Below, in pieces: positions 39,231 to 53,415 of a stretch of DNA of 64,000 nucleotides; within the stretch, counting starts at the first letter, position 1, and each line of letters begins with the position of its first letter. Source of the DNA: Octopus sinensis (taxonomy: Eukaryota). A model generated the notes under the pieces. The model was given only the letters and a program-made list of their open reading frames with translations. It ran no database searches and had not been told where the DNA came from. The stretch lies in the NCBI RefSeq assembly GCF_006345805.1, contig NC_042998.1, positions 167,214,001 through 167,278,000 of the forward strand, in the 5' to 3' direction. The position numbers were made by a program, and so were the translations under genes.

Positions 39231-40021
39231 TATAGGATCGAATAATGAATGATTATGGTGTGATAGCTTTTGAGCCAAAAACACTTATCCGCGATTGTTA
39301 TCTCAGCCAGACTATAATGTTATATCGTTCCTTTAATAGCAAGTCACTTTTGGAGAATTATTGATTCTTGAAATTATCTCCCCTTCGTAAGTGGCTCTGG
39401 TCTTTAGTGCCATTGTGTAATTATGACAATATCTTCTACAAGCGGAAGTAATGTGAATAGATCAAAAATTTGCGTCTTATGTTGACATATTAGTATCTGC
39501 CTATGTTGAACAATAATCACATTGATTTCACCCAAATTAAGATTTTTTGATTTTTTAATTCGCTATTCATAACAGCAAATAATAAATGCCAATTGCGGGT
39601 TGTGTATGAGCATCGAAGTTGTTACCAGTGTGACTATATTAATAGCCCACGTTCGAGGTTAAGCATATCAGTGTCTAACAATGAGTGTGGCTGGGCATAT
39701 ATATGTGTGTATATATATATATACGTATATGTATATATACATACATGTAGACGTATATATATATATATATATACAAACATGCATATGGACATATATACTT
39801 CTATATATATGTGTGTGTATATATATATGTATATATATATATATGTATGTTTGTATGTATATATATATATATATATATGTGCGTGTGTATATGTGTGTAT
39901 GTATATATATATCTATATATATACATATATATACACACACACACGCATACAAATATTTATGCATACAAACCCAAACGCAGTCACTCACACACATACATAC
40001 GCATATGTATATGTGTGTGTT

Positions 40022-40056
<35 letters not shown>

Positions 40057-40058
40057 GT

Positions 40059-40099
<41 letters not shown>

Positions 40100-41257
40100 A
40101 CGTGTGTATGTGTAAAACATTACAGCTAATAAATAACTATTCCATTCTTTCTTGTCTCTCACTTAAAACAACCCCCAGAACAATGGCGATGACAGGAAAC
40201 TGATGAAGTCGAATATGATACGATGTTTCTTCTGTTTGAAATATAATAACGAATTCGAAATATAATAATAAAGACCAAATTTACCATTTAATAAGAGTTC
40301 TTCTGTCAGCTAAAAGTTGTATTAATACTACTTGTGTTGTTTTTCTTCTATAACACATGTTCATTACGTAAGGACGCCGACTTCGTGAAGCGTCCAGTCA
40401 CATTTTCGGGTCGTGACGAGAGAGATTGTAACTTTTATTTGCTTAGTTCAAACTCTACCTCGTTTATAAGATAAGTAACATTAATATACTTATGAAGGTT
40501 TAACATCTCTATTCATTATCCTAATGGTACTGACAATTGTATATATTTCATTTTTATTTTATTTTTCCTTTTTTTTTTTTGATAAGTATATTTCCGAACC
40601 ATGTTATCTTCGGCCCAGTCCCCCTGCGCGGCACCTTGGGAAAGTGTCTTCAACTATAACCTTAAGCACGCCAAAACCTTATGAATGGATTCTGCGGAGA
40701 GAAACGGAAAGAAGCCAGTTTGAGATATATATATATATATATACACATATATATACACATATATATATGTATGTATGTATGTATGTATATATCATACCTA
40801 CATATATATGTATATATAAAGGCATATAATGGTACAGGACATAAAAAAAAAACGTTGAACACAATGAGAAACGAAAACATAAAAACAAAAACATAGAAAC
40901 GAACCTTTTTTGGAACAACGAAAAAAAAAGCGAACGAGACATACAACATAAAGAATACTGCCCTTCTTCAGTTGTCCCTGTTTCATCTACTCCGCGTAGT
41001 CTTCAGTCAATTCAAAGATGTATTATCCTCTTAAGGGATTAACATTAATATATCCAAAATTTCTCTAGTTTAATCCCCAACACGTTCGAAGGAAGTCATC
41101 ATGATATTATAAGTAATATTTAATAAAAGGCGAGAAAGTGGAGAGTTGCCGAACCGCTAAGTAACGGGGGACGTAAACACACCAGCATCGGTTGTCAAGT
41201 GATGGTGGGGGACAAACAGGCTCATAAACATATACATACAGACATACACACACACAC

Positions 41258-41330
<73 letters not shown>

Positions 41331-41334
41331 TAAC

Positions 41335-41495
41335 AAAAAATTCACAAAAAAGCAAAAGACGAAGACAGGTGGTGTTGACAACAAACAGATGTATTAGTAT
41401 AACGCTTGGGAAGTGAAAAAGTCTTTAACGTTTCGAGCTTACGCTCTTCCACAGAAAGGCATACAGAAAGAAATGGAGAGAAAATAAAGAAGAGA
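41335..41495 (-). mobile_element. Solo PLE pLTR-like repeat with hammerhead-like motif
   Basis: Near-identical to 54395-54565 and related to 57915-58050 and 11900-12090. Minus strand cttt-CTGTGGA-a-GAGC-gtaa-GCTC-GAAA-CG-TT-aaag at 41423-41458. Confidence 0.7.
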
Positions 41496-43126
41496 ACGCA
41501 TGAGTGTACATATTAATTTCTATAAATACAAGTGTTTCTCAAATTCGGGTCTGGTCCAAAATGAATTGATATGAAAGTGTATTGCAAAAAGTGTATTTCC
41601 CAAGGAATGTTTTCAACTGAGTTGGATCATGTTAATATATATGATTTTACTGAAGAACGCTCCCCTCTGTGATATTACTGAATAAGTCTAGTTTGCACTT
41701 TTAGAAAATGAGCACTGTATTTGTGTTTGTCATCACAATCTAAAACTTTACTCTTGCTAGTGAAAGTGTACTGATGTGAGACGTTAGTTGCTAGGGTCTC
41801 AAGCAGACCTACCAGTAAAAATTGTAATATACGATAGCGTCGAAGCGTTTGATGTATTTTTATTTTGGCGGCACTTTAAGTCGTTTCGGGTAAAAATGAA
41901 CTTGAGAAATTTGAGTAAATTTCATTTCTAAATACTTTCTTTTTTTTTTTTTTATCTAACGTTTGAAGGTCACTAAGGCAATGTAAATCTCTTACCCTCG
42001 GCTGTATTTGTTAACAGATATTTTCGGATCGTTTGATATGTCACTTAACTGTCGTTAGTTGTAACTAAAAAGAGAAGGAAATACTAACAAAAAGGAGGTG
42101 GGGGTTTCAGAAATTCGAATCTAAAGGTTAAACTGGAAACGTTTAAGCCATCCATAAAAAGTCAAACTGTCGAAGAGTTTGTTCTGAACCATAAAAACAG
42201 ATTTTAATTGGTCGATATTTATTTTCTGCTCATGGTTTGATTCACAGTTCTGGAGGAATTTCTATATTTTATTTTTTTATACTTTATTCTATTATCAGTT
42301 TCAGCCATACTGAAGCACCGCCATTAGCGTTAATGCATGTCATGATTTTATTTCAAATTTGCTTCCAGGTCTCGGTGAAGTAGTGAATTGGACAGAGCTG
42401 CTCTTCTTAGTGTGTGTTGTCGTGATGTAGGTTCATTTGCTATATGAAAACAAAATTGTTTAGTTGTTCTTTTGTTTAAATCCAAATCTACACTTGTTAG
42501 ATTTCTGAGCGCTTTTGGCAAGACATTGAACAGTTGCAGGCTTTGGACCTTATGATGGAGATGGAATTCACCGCAAATCTCTGCTCAACTTACAAATGAA
42601 ATTCTTAAATATCATTGTTAAAAAATTATCCTTTAAATTTTAGTCATTTATAGTACAAATCTCGGCCAATTATAGAAATTACCTTATCACAATAGTGGGT
42701 GAATTTTTTTCTCCTTTAAATTTAATCACACTTAATTTTAGTTTTCTTTCAAAACTTATTCTCATTCTTACAAACTAAACTTTCCTGGTGATATAGTTCT
42801 AATTCCTTGGCTGTATCCATTTTACCATGTTTACATCATTAATACATACCATCAGAGAACACATTAACATCAGACGTTCTTAATCTCTTACGTCTCAATG
42901 TTTAAATTTCTCATCGTGTGAAATAAGCAAGCAGACACAGGCATGACGGTGGAGTAAGAAGTACGCTTCCCAAACACATCGCTCCGGGTTCAGTCCGACA
43001 GAAAGGGACTGAATTGAAGTAATCCTTCAGTTCGATGTATAATTATTTTATTATTGCAATAATAAAACAATTGCATAATTGTTTTATTGCAGTAATTTCT
43101 ATTTATCTGCAGACAAATGTGTGTGC

Positions 43127-43190
<64 letters not shown>

Positions 43191-43207
43191 ATGCGTGCGT
43201 GTGTGTG

Positions 43208-43520
43208 TGTATTGTGTTGAATGTCCTTTCAATATGTTTGGAAAGGGACCAGCTGGGTGTTAATGGGTGTAATAAATGCCTTGTTAAGAATCCTATTAAA
43301 GAGTTAAGGTTTTCTGTCTTTTTGCTGTGTGTGGGTTTCAACTACGATGTTCTATTTTGAGTGTCTCCAGCTGTGTGTATGAGTGTGTGTGTGTGTATAT
43401 GTGTGTGTGTTTGTGTGTTCTTGCTATGTTTTCTTTCGAGTGTCTCCAGCTGTGTGCGTGTGCCTATGTGTGTGTATACGTGTGCGTGTTTGTGTGTGTG
43501 CAGACATATATATATATATA

Positions 43521-43576
<56 letters not shown>

Positions 43577-45371
43577 TGTGTGTGTATTGATTACATAGAT
43601 CAGGTGAGATTGGATTTAACTTTGAAGGTTTCGCCGTCTTTGAATTTAAATTCTGGTCCCTCAATTAGGTAACGACAAGTGCCGCAGTTTGTTCTTCCGC
43701 ATTTTGTGACAGTTGGGTCCTGAGTGGTCTGGATAGTTTGGATGTGTCACTTTATGCTATAGTGACTGTGGTTCCAGTGACGGTATTTGTGGTTATATTT
43801 TATTAAGGGTCCTGATGTAGCCCCTCAGTGATGCGGGTGTACCTTTTCCAAAGTATAAAGTGTTTGTATTATAAGGTTAGTGTATGTCATTTCTGGATTT
43901 GGATTTGTGAAAGAAATTTTGTGGAATGTTTGTGTTGTTGTGGTTGGGTGTGGTCTTTCTTCGATTGTAGTTGGATGTATTTAGTTTGGGTTAAGGGGAA
44001 TTGTGTTTGTGCGTTAGGTGTGTTGTGCATGATGATTTGATTGTTTCTATAGGGTTTCGTGTTTTGTTGGGTTTTTTTTTTGATGAAGGGGTTTTTTGTG
44101 GTGTGTATTTTTTTAAATTTCTCATCGTATTTAAGGAACCACATCTCGCACTTTTCCCAATCTTTGGAGAGATATAAGTACTGCATGTTTATAGTCTTGA
44201 TTCCAGAGTTTTAGGAGATGTAAGTTGGTTAACTCAGATTTTTTGTTACATTCTTCTTCTATTTGTTGGTCAATATTTTTGATTTTTTTTTTGTTCATTT
44301 GTTTTGGCTCTCAATTTTAAGAGTTTGATTTCCATATTTATTCTATTTGGAGACAGACATTTGTTCCTGTAGTTTTCTTTATTGTTCTGGCTCATTAGTT
44401 ATGGGTTTTATTTGAAATTTTCGAGGCAAGATTACTGCGAGGGGGATTTTAGCCACTTCTGATAGATTCCAGCTTTGTTTAAGTTTTTCACTATGTTTTT
44501 CACCTTCTTTTTACTTCATGTCACTCGAAAGACACTAGACTCAATTGGCAAAACGAATTTGTACCGTAGTATCAAAACCCTCAATTTTAAGAGTTTGATT
44601 TCCATATTTATTCTATTTGGAGACAGACATTTGTTCCTGTAGTTTTCTTTATTGTTCTTGCGAAAAACCGAAATATTTCATCACATCTGCAAAAATCTCC
44701 CCATTTTATTTGCAGATGAAAAAATGAGAAAAATCTTAGAAAAACAAATCATCAAAAGCAAAGGGCCGCCCAAAACACTAAAACTCATTCTCACTGGAGC
44801 AAAAACATGCAAAAAAAACCCCAACCTAACTGTCACAAAATGCGGAAGAACAAACTGCAGCAGTTGCCATTACCTAATTGAGGGACCAGAATTTAATTTC
44901 AAAGACGGCAAAACCTTCAGAGTTAAATTCAATCTCACCTGCAACACAGAAAACCTGATCAATGTAATCTCATGCAATGGTTACCAACATAATTACATAG
45001 GTCAGACGGGCGGATCGTTACGCAACAGAATGATGACTCATCGCCAATAGATCTAAGACAAAAACACGAGGATAATTTCTTTAAGCAGTCACATTGTAGC
45101 CTGTGCAAGATTGGACTTACCCAATTTCAAAATCTTTCCCATCTATAAGTGCTTAGTTTTCTTTCAACCAACAACACAGACTAAATAAAGGTAATTTATT
45201 AACAAATATAAGCCACTATTGAATACAGAACCAACCACTATCAATGAATGAATAAGAAGAGGCACTTAAAAAAGATTTATACATACTATCGATTTGGAAA
45301 ATATTTTCCATCAATCCTTAAATCCTTTTGCCAATATATATATATAAATATATATATGTCTGCACATACAC

Positions 45372-45439
<68 letters not shown>

Positions 45440-46040
45440 ACAGCTGGAGGCACTCGAAAGAAAACTTCTCAAGAATACACACACATACTCACACATACAT
45501 GCATACACACATGCACACACATACGCACATACACACACATATACATACATACATACACATAGCTCTAAAATTCAAAATAAAACATCGCAGCTGAAACCCA
45601 GATACGCCAGAAAGAAGCAAAACCTTAATTCCTTAATAGAATTCTTACCAAGACATTAATCACAACATACACACCCATTAACACACAGCTGCTCATATTC
45701 TAAATATATTGAAAGGACATTCAACACAAGACACCTACACACGCACACGGACACACGCACGCACACACACACACACACACACACTCACACACAATCTCAT
45801 ACACAGCTGGACATAAAACTCACGCAATAAATGCTTTTTAGCCACTCCATGGGCAGGAACCCACAGATATTTTTTTAGACAATAGACAACTACACCCACC
45901 TCTGTTTCTCTCTAGCACCTTGAACTCTCTATCAAATTATTCACAAGCAAGTCATATTTAAAGAAGACTTCACGGAAAAACTCCGGACATGTTCTAACCA
46001 TCAAACAGAAGATAAATACAAACTGTTTCTACTTCAAGTT
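43208..46040. mobile_element. Rearranged PLE: inverted 5' part plus forward 3' part, bracketed by inverted pLTR sequence
   Basis: Minus 43600-44500: ILPRKFQIKPI, MEIKLLKLRAK, LLKLWNQD, WEKCEMWFLKYDEKF (N-terminal region). Plus 44540-45235: LAKRICTVVS, CGRTNCSSCHYL, LTCNTENLINVISCNGYQHNYIGQTG. 43208-43375 is the reverse complement of ~45570-45733. Confidence 0.8.
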
Positions 46041-46061
46041 CCAAATTTTTATTATATATGT

Positions 46062-46455
46062 AGGCGCAGGAGTGGTTGTGTGGTAAGTAGTTTGCTTACC
46101 AACCACATTGTTCCGGGTTCAGTCCCACAGCGTGGTACCTTGGGCAAGTGTCTTCTACTATAGCCTCGGGCTGACCAAAGCCTTGTGAGTGGACTTGGTA
46201 GACGGAAACTGAAAGAAGCCCGTCGTATATATGTATATGTATATATATGTGTGTGTGTGTGTGTTTGTGTGTGTGTGTTTGTGTGTCTGTGTTGCCCCCC
46301 CCATGTCACTTAACAACCGATGATGGTGTGTTTACGTCCCCGTAACTTAGCGGTTCGGCAAAAGTCACCGATAGAATAAGTAGTAGGCTTACAAAGAATA
46401 AGTCCTGGGTCGATTTGCTCGACTAAAGGTGGTGCTCCAGCTTGGCCACAGTCAA
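46062..46455 (+). mobile_element. SINE family B, near full length
   Basis: aggcgcaggagtggttgtgtggtaagtag...ccgggttcagtcccac...internal (TA)(TG)n...gtgctccagcttggccacagtcaaat. Confidence 0.9.
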
Positions 46456-46664
46456 ATATTCGTGTCGTACATTAGCTCACTCTCTCCATCAAACCGAGGT
46501 TGTCTGAAGAGGTCCACTGTCTACCATGCGTCAGCCGTCGAGGTGATCGCAGAGCAACGTGAGATGAAGTGTCTTGCTCAAAAACACATCGCACCACCCG
46601 GTCTAGGAATTGAAATCATGATCTCTAGAGTGCAACATGCTAACCACTAAGCTATGCGCCCTCA
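46455..46664 (-). mobile_element. tRNA-derived SINE family D (second copy ~53800-54005)
   Basis: Minus strand gagggcgcatagcttagtggttagc...ttgagcaagacacttcatctcacgttgc; similar sequence at 53800-54005. Confidence 0.7.
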
Positions 46665-47739
46665 CTATGTATTTATATGTATGTATGTGTAGTCAGATAT
46701 AGATATATCAGTGGTTCGAATTTGCACTGCAGGTCGGTAGAACAAGGCACAATAATCTGTTGGGGTAGACTCCAGACGGCTGGGTCTATAAACTAGGAAG
46801 CCCTGCAGACCTAAATTCGCAGTCACTATAATAAATACGCGAGCGCACACACATATATACACGTACGCACGCACGCATGTACACACATGTATATACCTAC
46901 AGGCGCCCACATTAGTATAATTCTCTGTCTCACACAGAACTCAGTCGTATGCACGTACATAGACACTGAGTATTAGTTTACAGTTACAATTTTATTATCA
47001 CTCCACTAGATTATTTTTTTACATTTTCTTCAACTTTTTCCTTTTGATTTAGCTTCAACTAATCTTAGTAACACTCGCTTTCGTACTCACTTTTCTCTCT
47101 CTCTTTCTCTATCTATTTTTCCATCTCTGCGTCGCCATTCAATTATGTGTCGCTATGTGTATGTACATGCGTATCTCTGAGTATGTATGTAAATATGCTT
47201 GTATGTGCATGTGTCTTTCTTTTCTATAATATTTTCTCCAGCTCCCTCTCTTTTTATCTCTTTCGTTCTCTCTTTTTCTTCCTTGTCAGATCTTAAATAC
47301 AGAGATAATTTCCTAGGATGTGTTTGTTAATCCCTTCGTCTTTTTATCTTTTCAGATAAAAAGAAAGAACAAAGAGAGAGATTTTTATCTGAAAAAATCC
47401 AAAGTGAGTCGGGTATAAGGCGGAATGTAAAATAAACAAACAAGTAAATAAAAGGAGCGACATAACTGTAGACTAGAGACTATGCATTCTGTGTCGGAGT
47501 AACTGAAGTATTTGCTGTTTTCTTTTAAGTATAAAAATCGCAGAATGACCATACTAATCAACTGTATACATATACATTTGTGTATATGATTACTTGCTTT
47601 TTTTTTATATTTGATGGTGCGTGTGTGAAATGGTTCTGTCTGTTATTTATTAAACTGTGAAAGGGAAATAAGTCTATCATATATATTAAAAAAGCCTAGC
47701 CGTGTCTTTTGCTGAAGACAACAGGTTTCCGACATGATT

Positions 47740-48530
47740 CTTTTGAACAGCCGTGTGATTATTGACGAGAAACATCCAAATTTGTCATGGTTCTACTTAA
47801 AAAATCATCTAGAATAGACTTAGCTTTAGCAAGTTTTTGCAAGACGAGTCCAAGCACAACTCACTGAATTCTGCAAAGATAATCGTTTTGAAATCAGCGA
47901 TCGACGTTGGGATCATTATCGTATCAAACGTGGGCATTATCTTGGGAAAAAATCGTCACTGGTTACAGAAAATGGGTACACAACTACGAATCGGAAAGTA
48001 AATGCCAGAATATAGTGGGAAACATCCAGATTTGCTCGCTAGCCAGATAAAGTATTCAGAACTCAGCTATTCAACCAACAAAGGAAAAATTACGTTAATA
48101 GTTTTTGTTGTTTATTTTTCATTTTTTTTTTCATTTTACTTTTTTCGTATATATACACAAGAACAAATATTGAAGTAATATGGGGGATGCGACTCAGTAG
48201 TAAAGATAACCAGCTGAAGATAACTGGCGATAGACATTTTGTTTTTATCGAACAATGACCGTCCTCAAATTACAACTCTGTTTAACTCATTCAGAAACTA
48301 AAGTTTGAAGTATTGGATCAACCTCAATATTGTACTAACCTTGATCCTTTAGACTATCAGCTGTTTAGCGTATTCAAGTCTGTTTTAAAAAGTGAAGAAA
48401 CAGTTGTATACGTTTACATGTGTTTCATCTTTCAGACGAAAATATTTTGTGTGGAAGATATAAATAAATTTGTGAAAATGGAGCAAGTGAATTGAAAAGC
48501 AAGGAGATTATGCTGAAAACGATGTAAATA
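47740..48530 (+). mobile_element. Highly decayed mariner transposase
   Basis: IVTGYRKWVHNYESESK (IVTGDETWVHHYEPESK-like) and QPQYCTNLDPLDYQLF (HPPYSPDLAPSDYHLF-like). Confidence 0.7.
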
Positions 48531-49290
48531 CACATGGATATAATATTACTGTTGGTACTGTAATACGGATATAAACGAACAAGAAACGGTTGGCGGAAAT
48601 TGCTGTCTATTGGAACAAATACAAGGCGGAGAGGCTTTATTGAAACATATTGTTGTAACTAGAGGGAAAGGTTATGACTAATGACATGGGCGCAACTAAT
48701 TTCCCGCTAATATGAAAAAATTATAAGTACATTGTAGAAAATAAATGACTCAGTCTCGTGTATAAACCCTTGTTGGATCGGGGAAAAGTATTTCTTCTTG
48801 GAGAGGATACTTTTCTCGAGTAAGAGTATGTTATTTGATTTTAGTGAATAATCTTCAAATCTTATTGATTTAACACGAAGTTGTATACTAATACGCGTGT
48901 GTGTGTGTGTGTGTGTGTGTGTAGATGTGGTCTACAGTCCCTGAAATATATTCTATCAAAATAAAAGTAGCTTCAATCATAAGAAAAGTGAAACGATAAT
49001 TCCAAATTTTCCTAATTATATGAGAAAGAATGAGGAACATCAATTAGAAATATAATTTGGCTGTCATTTCAAATTTCGTGACAGAATTATTAGGGTAACG
49101 AATAAAATGCACTGTGGATCTAGTGTACGAGCATAGCTTGAGTAAGGGCGAAGGGACGGCACTTTTATGGGGCGGCATCACTTCTGGGTTGGCTATAGGC
49201 AATATGCACAGACACAAACACACACACACATATATATATATGTGTGTATGTGCGTGTGTGTGTGTGTGCGTGTGTGCGCGCATGTATGTA

Positions 49291-51666
49291 TCTGCATATC
49301 CATAAAAGGCAGGATGTGTGTGTGTACGTGTATGTAATTTATGCACGTCCACAAATTAGCACGCATGTCGCTTCAATTTTAGGAGGACATTTGTCACGAC
49401 CCTAGCTGGGTTTTGTCAACTTATTTTTCCCGAGACATCCTCGGATAGCGGTAAAAATCGATTTTCATTCATAACTTTTACCAATTTTCACGTCGGTGAA
49501 ATCCGTTGCTTGCTAACATGAATTAAGTCCCCTGCAATGGCGACTATTATACAGAAAAAACAAAGATAAACTATTTCGTTTTTGGATTTGGTTGGCAAGA
49601 TTCTTTCTGTGAGTTCATGTGGTCTGAAAGAAATATATATATAGTTTTAATTATACAGAAAAACAGAGATGAACCGCTCTGAAAGAAATGTATATACAGT
49701 ATACATATAGATAATTAATGTTGGTTTATTCAATTAGAAAACAAAACATAATGACGATGTAATTAGCAACTAGCACATTTTTTTCTTAGTTTTTGTTTGC
49801 TTTCATATTTAAATTCTTTACTTGACTTATTTTTTATTTCTGTTCGCTAGAAACCTCACGACAAATTTTGTTCAGCCGCAACATTCTTTCCATTCATTTC
49901 TGTTCATGAAATTCTCTGTACGTAATTCTGCTTTCTCGGTAGTCGAAGTAAATCGATGACTTCGTGCTGTAGCCATTTTCCTTCTGATGTGATTTAAAGC
50001 ATTTTTTGATATGTGGCATTTCAACATTAGAAACGAGTTCCGAACATGCTATTCAAGTTTGCTGAAACTTATCTCCTGCCACTCAAAATAACAACTCAAA
50101 TGGGATAAAGAGTACACGCATCACAACAACAATAACAATGCTGTGTGTGCGTAGACTTACAATATACCCTACGTTAAGAAATTTTTACATGATCATTCAA
50201 TAAATCTCAAATGGGATAAAGAGTACACGCTTTATCCGCCTATACAGAGCAACGGGACCCGCTTGGTAGTCAAGTCTGCAGATTGCCATGCCCATCAACA
50301 AATCCCAAGGCCAAACACTATCGGTGGCGGCCATCCATTTGGGGTAGCCGTGCTTTTCACACGGGCAACTTTATGTGGCCTGATCCTGTGTGGGGAGTAG
50401 AAACGCTTTTTTTTTGTGTGTATGCTCCTCAGGGCAGAACACGTAATGTTGTATATAGCGAAGTTTTATAGACGTAGATAAAAGAACAAGTAAGGCATCA
50501 TTTCAGCCGATGTGGTTATAAACAGGTGATCCGGAACCGTTGGCTGCGCATATTCTCAAACCATGGCTACATGATTCATAGATTCTTTCTCTTCATTATT
50601 GGACAATGTTGACTTCTCCAACAACAATGCTCACAGTGCTTGGCCAAGTTGCTCATAGAGTTAGGCTAGAAGGGTCAAGCCCCTTATTTTTATTTATTTA
50701 TTTTTTGTTAAGGCTGTTGGTAAGTTTTCCTAAGTTACTCCAATCCGGATCCCCAATGCAAACCTTCGAATCAACCTTCTCCAGTGCGGATCTCTAATGC
50801 AACCTTATCCAATCCAAATCTTTGAGTCAAACTTCTTCACTGCAGATCTCCAATGCAAACCTTCGATGCAACCTTCTCCAATGCAGACCTTCGATGCAGC
50901 CTTGACCGATAGTAACTTTAGGAGGGGTTGGGATTATATCGGGATTAGTTGCTGCCTTTTAGAGGCTCCCGAGAACCCTTTCGCTAGGTTAGCTTAGGCT
51001 TACGTTAAGGCATAGTCGTGATCTGAACATAACCTCTTCTGGCACAGAGCATTGGGAGCCCTTTCGGGTTTTCAATTTTCCTTGCTGAAAGGGATGGTTT
51101 AGATGATGTGGGGGGCGGGATCGAAAGGGCCGGCATGTGCTACCTGATTACCTCTGCCGTTCAAACTCCTGACCCATGCGTTCCCGTCGCGAGACTGATT
51201 CTGCAGAACTGGGTTGTGTGTGAAAACCAACTTTAAAGTATAGATCTTTTGAATCAGTAATGCTGTGTTCAGTTAAGTCCTATTTGGAGTGAAAAATCAA
51301 TAAACCGATTCCTTATGGGTTTTTCCATTCCATCAGGATGAAAAATCGATAAACCGATTCCGGCTACACCCTATTGTCAACCATAACTTTGACCAGTTTT
51401 GACGTATTTTGTTGAAACTTGATGCCGTCGTTACTTAGGACTCATGGGATCTTTGACTGCTTTAAGTTCTGAAAAAAAAACCTCCATCGATGAGTGCAAA
51501 AATCAATAAACCGATACCTTATGGGATTTCCCAATCAAATTGTCTACAGCCCATTTTCAGCCAAACGTTCACCAATTTCAATGGATTTCACTCAAATTGA
51601 CGTCGGTGTTTGAAACAAAACGCTTGATTAGCTTAATAAACCTAAATTAATCCCGGGCAACGCTAG
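49291..51666 (+). mobile_element. Internally deleted Helitron retaining the PIF1 helicase C-terminus
   Basis: A|TCTGCATATCCATAAAAGGCAG 5' end. 50282-50471 reads IAMPINKSQGQTLSVAAIHLG*PCFSHGQLYVA*SCVGS and, after a frameshift, VYAPQGRTRNVVYSEVL*. The 3' end is cccgggcaacgCTAG|T. Confidence 0.85.
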
Positions 51667-51674
51667 TATATATA

Positions 51675-51751
<77 letters not shown>

Positions 51752-52712
51752 TTATGTATGTATGTATGTATGTATGTGTATATACGGCGGGTTTCTTTCG
51801 GATTCTGTCTACCAAATCCACTCAAAAGGCTTTTGTAACTTTAATTTGCATGTTTATTCAAAAGCTGATATGCTAGTCGCTGTTATGTATGCCACTGGTG
51901 TACAACTTCTCAGTTTTACGACAACATTGTGTCCATTACAAACTCGGCTCACTGACACGAGAGTTTGAGACACTGGTGTGTTTCTTCAGTTACACGTCAC
52001 TCGGGCCTTTGTGCAATTAACGTAGACAAAAAAAAAAAAAGAAGGAAAATGCAAGTTATAAATTGTGTGCAAATAGGATAAGATTTTCAGATGTCTGTGT
52101 CTTGATATTTATTTTGATCTTTCATCGTAAAAAACATAAATGCATTGACTTCGAAACGAAATAAAACCGAACCAAACAAATTTTTGAAGCGAATTGAAAC
52201 TTTCTATCGTTAAATGACTGCCTCCTACCAAATGAATCAATTACCTGTTTGCATGTGGGGGATTATCATTGAAAAAAAAAAACAAGAATTCAAAGCAATT
52301 ATAGTGGTTATTGATGGGGATTTCTAACTATAAGATAAGCTTCGCTGAAAGTTTTTTAAAAAGAGAGGGAAGGAACATGATATTTTCTGCAAAGAATGTT
52401 AAAAAATAATGCAATTTCTTTTAAAAATTAGCATAAAGAAAACAAGTAAATCAAGACAAAAAAATAGTTATCAAGTGTGGAACATGTGTGCATGTTTTAA
52501 AGTGGTGTCGGAAGGGTAAGAGTTGAGCTATCACTATAAGATAAATGAGCCGTTTGCTAGTTCCGTGAAGAAACTGTAAGTAGGTCGCTATTTGCAATCT
52601 AGATAAAATACTTCAAAACGAAATCTAAGCTGCAAGTCTGTAAAAGAAATTAGTTATGCCAGAATGTGTCAAACGAAAATTGAATTGCTTTGGATTTGTA
52701 TATATATATATG

Positions 52713-52746
<34 letters not shown>

Positions 52747-52778
52747 TGTATGTATGTATGTATGTATGTATATACATA

Positions 52779-52858
<80 letters not shown>

Positions 52859-52861
52859 TAT

Positions 52862-52906
<45 letters not shown>

Positions 52907-53141
52907 TATATGTATGTGTATATATATATGTTTGTATGTATATGCGTTTGCGTGTTAATTTCATGCCATGTTTTCGAAACAACTAACAAATACATGGCTT
53001 TTGCGATAGTATCTGCTTGTTGATCAGAATAATGTGGTTATAGGCTATTATTTACAATAGATTGAAAGAATCACTAACCTGAAAGTATCGATCCTATTTT
53101 TTCGTAAGGCAAATAATTCTAACCGTATACTGTGCATATAT

Positions 53142-53213
<72 letters not shown>

Positions 53214-53220
53214 AGAGAGA

Positions 53221-53415
53221 GGCACATGGCTTAGTGGTTAGAGCAGCGGAACTGCAGTCGAATCTCAGACCGGGTGATGTGTGTGTTTATGAGCGAAAAC
53301 ACCTAAGCTCCACGCAGCTCTGGCAGAAGGTAATGGCGAACTTCTGCTGACCTATTCGCCAAGGAAACCGGGAAACCGGGCGTTATGAGCCAGGCGTGGC
53401 TCGAGAAGGAAGAAA
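53221..53415 (+). mobile_element. SINE with family C head and a different 3' tail
   Basis: ggcacatggcttagtggttagagcagcgg...gagcgaaaacacctaagctccacg matches the head of 20372-20754, then ends ggaaaccgggcgttatgagccaggcgtggctcgagaagg. Confidence 0.7.
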
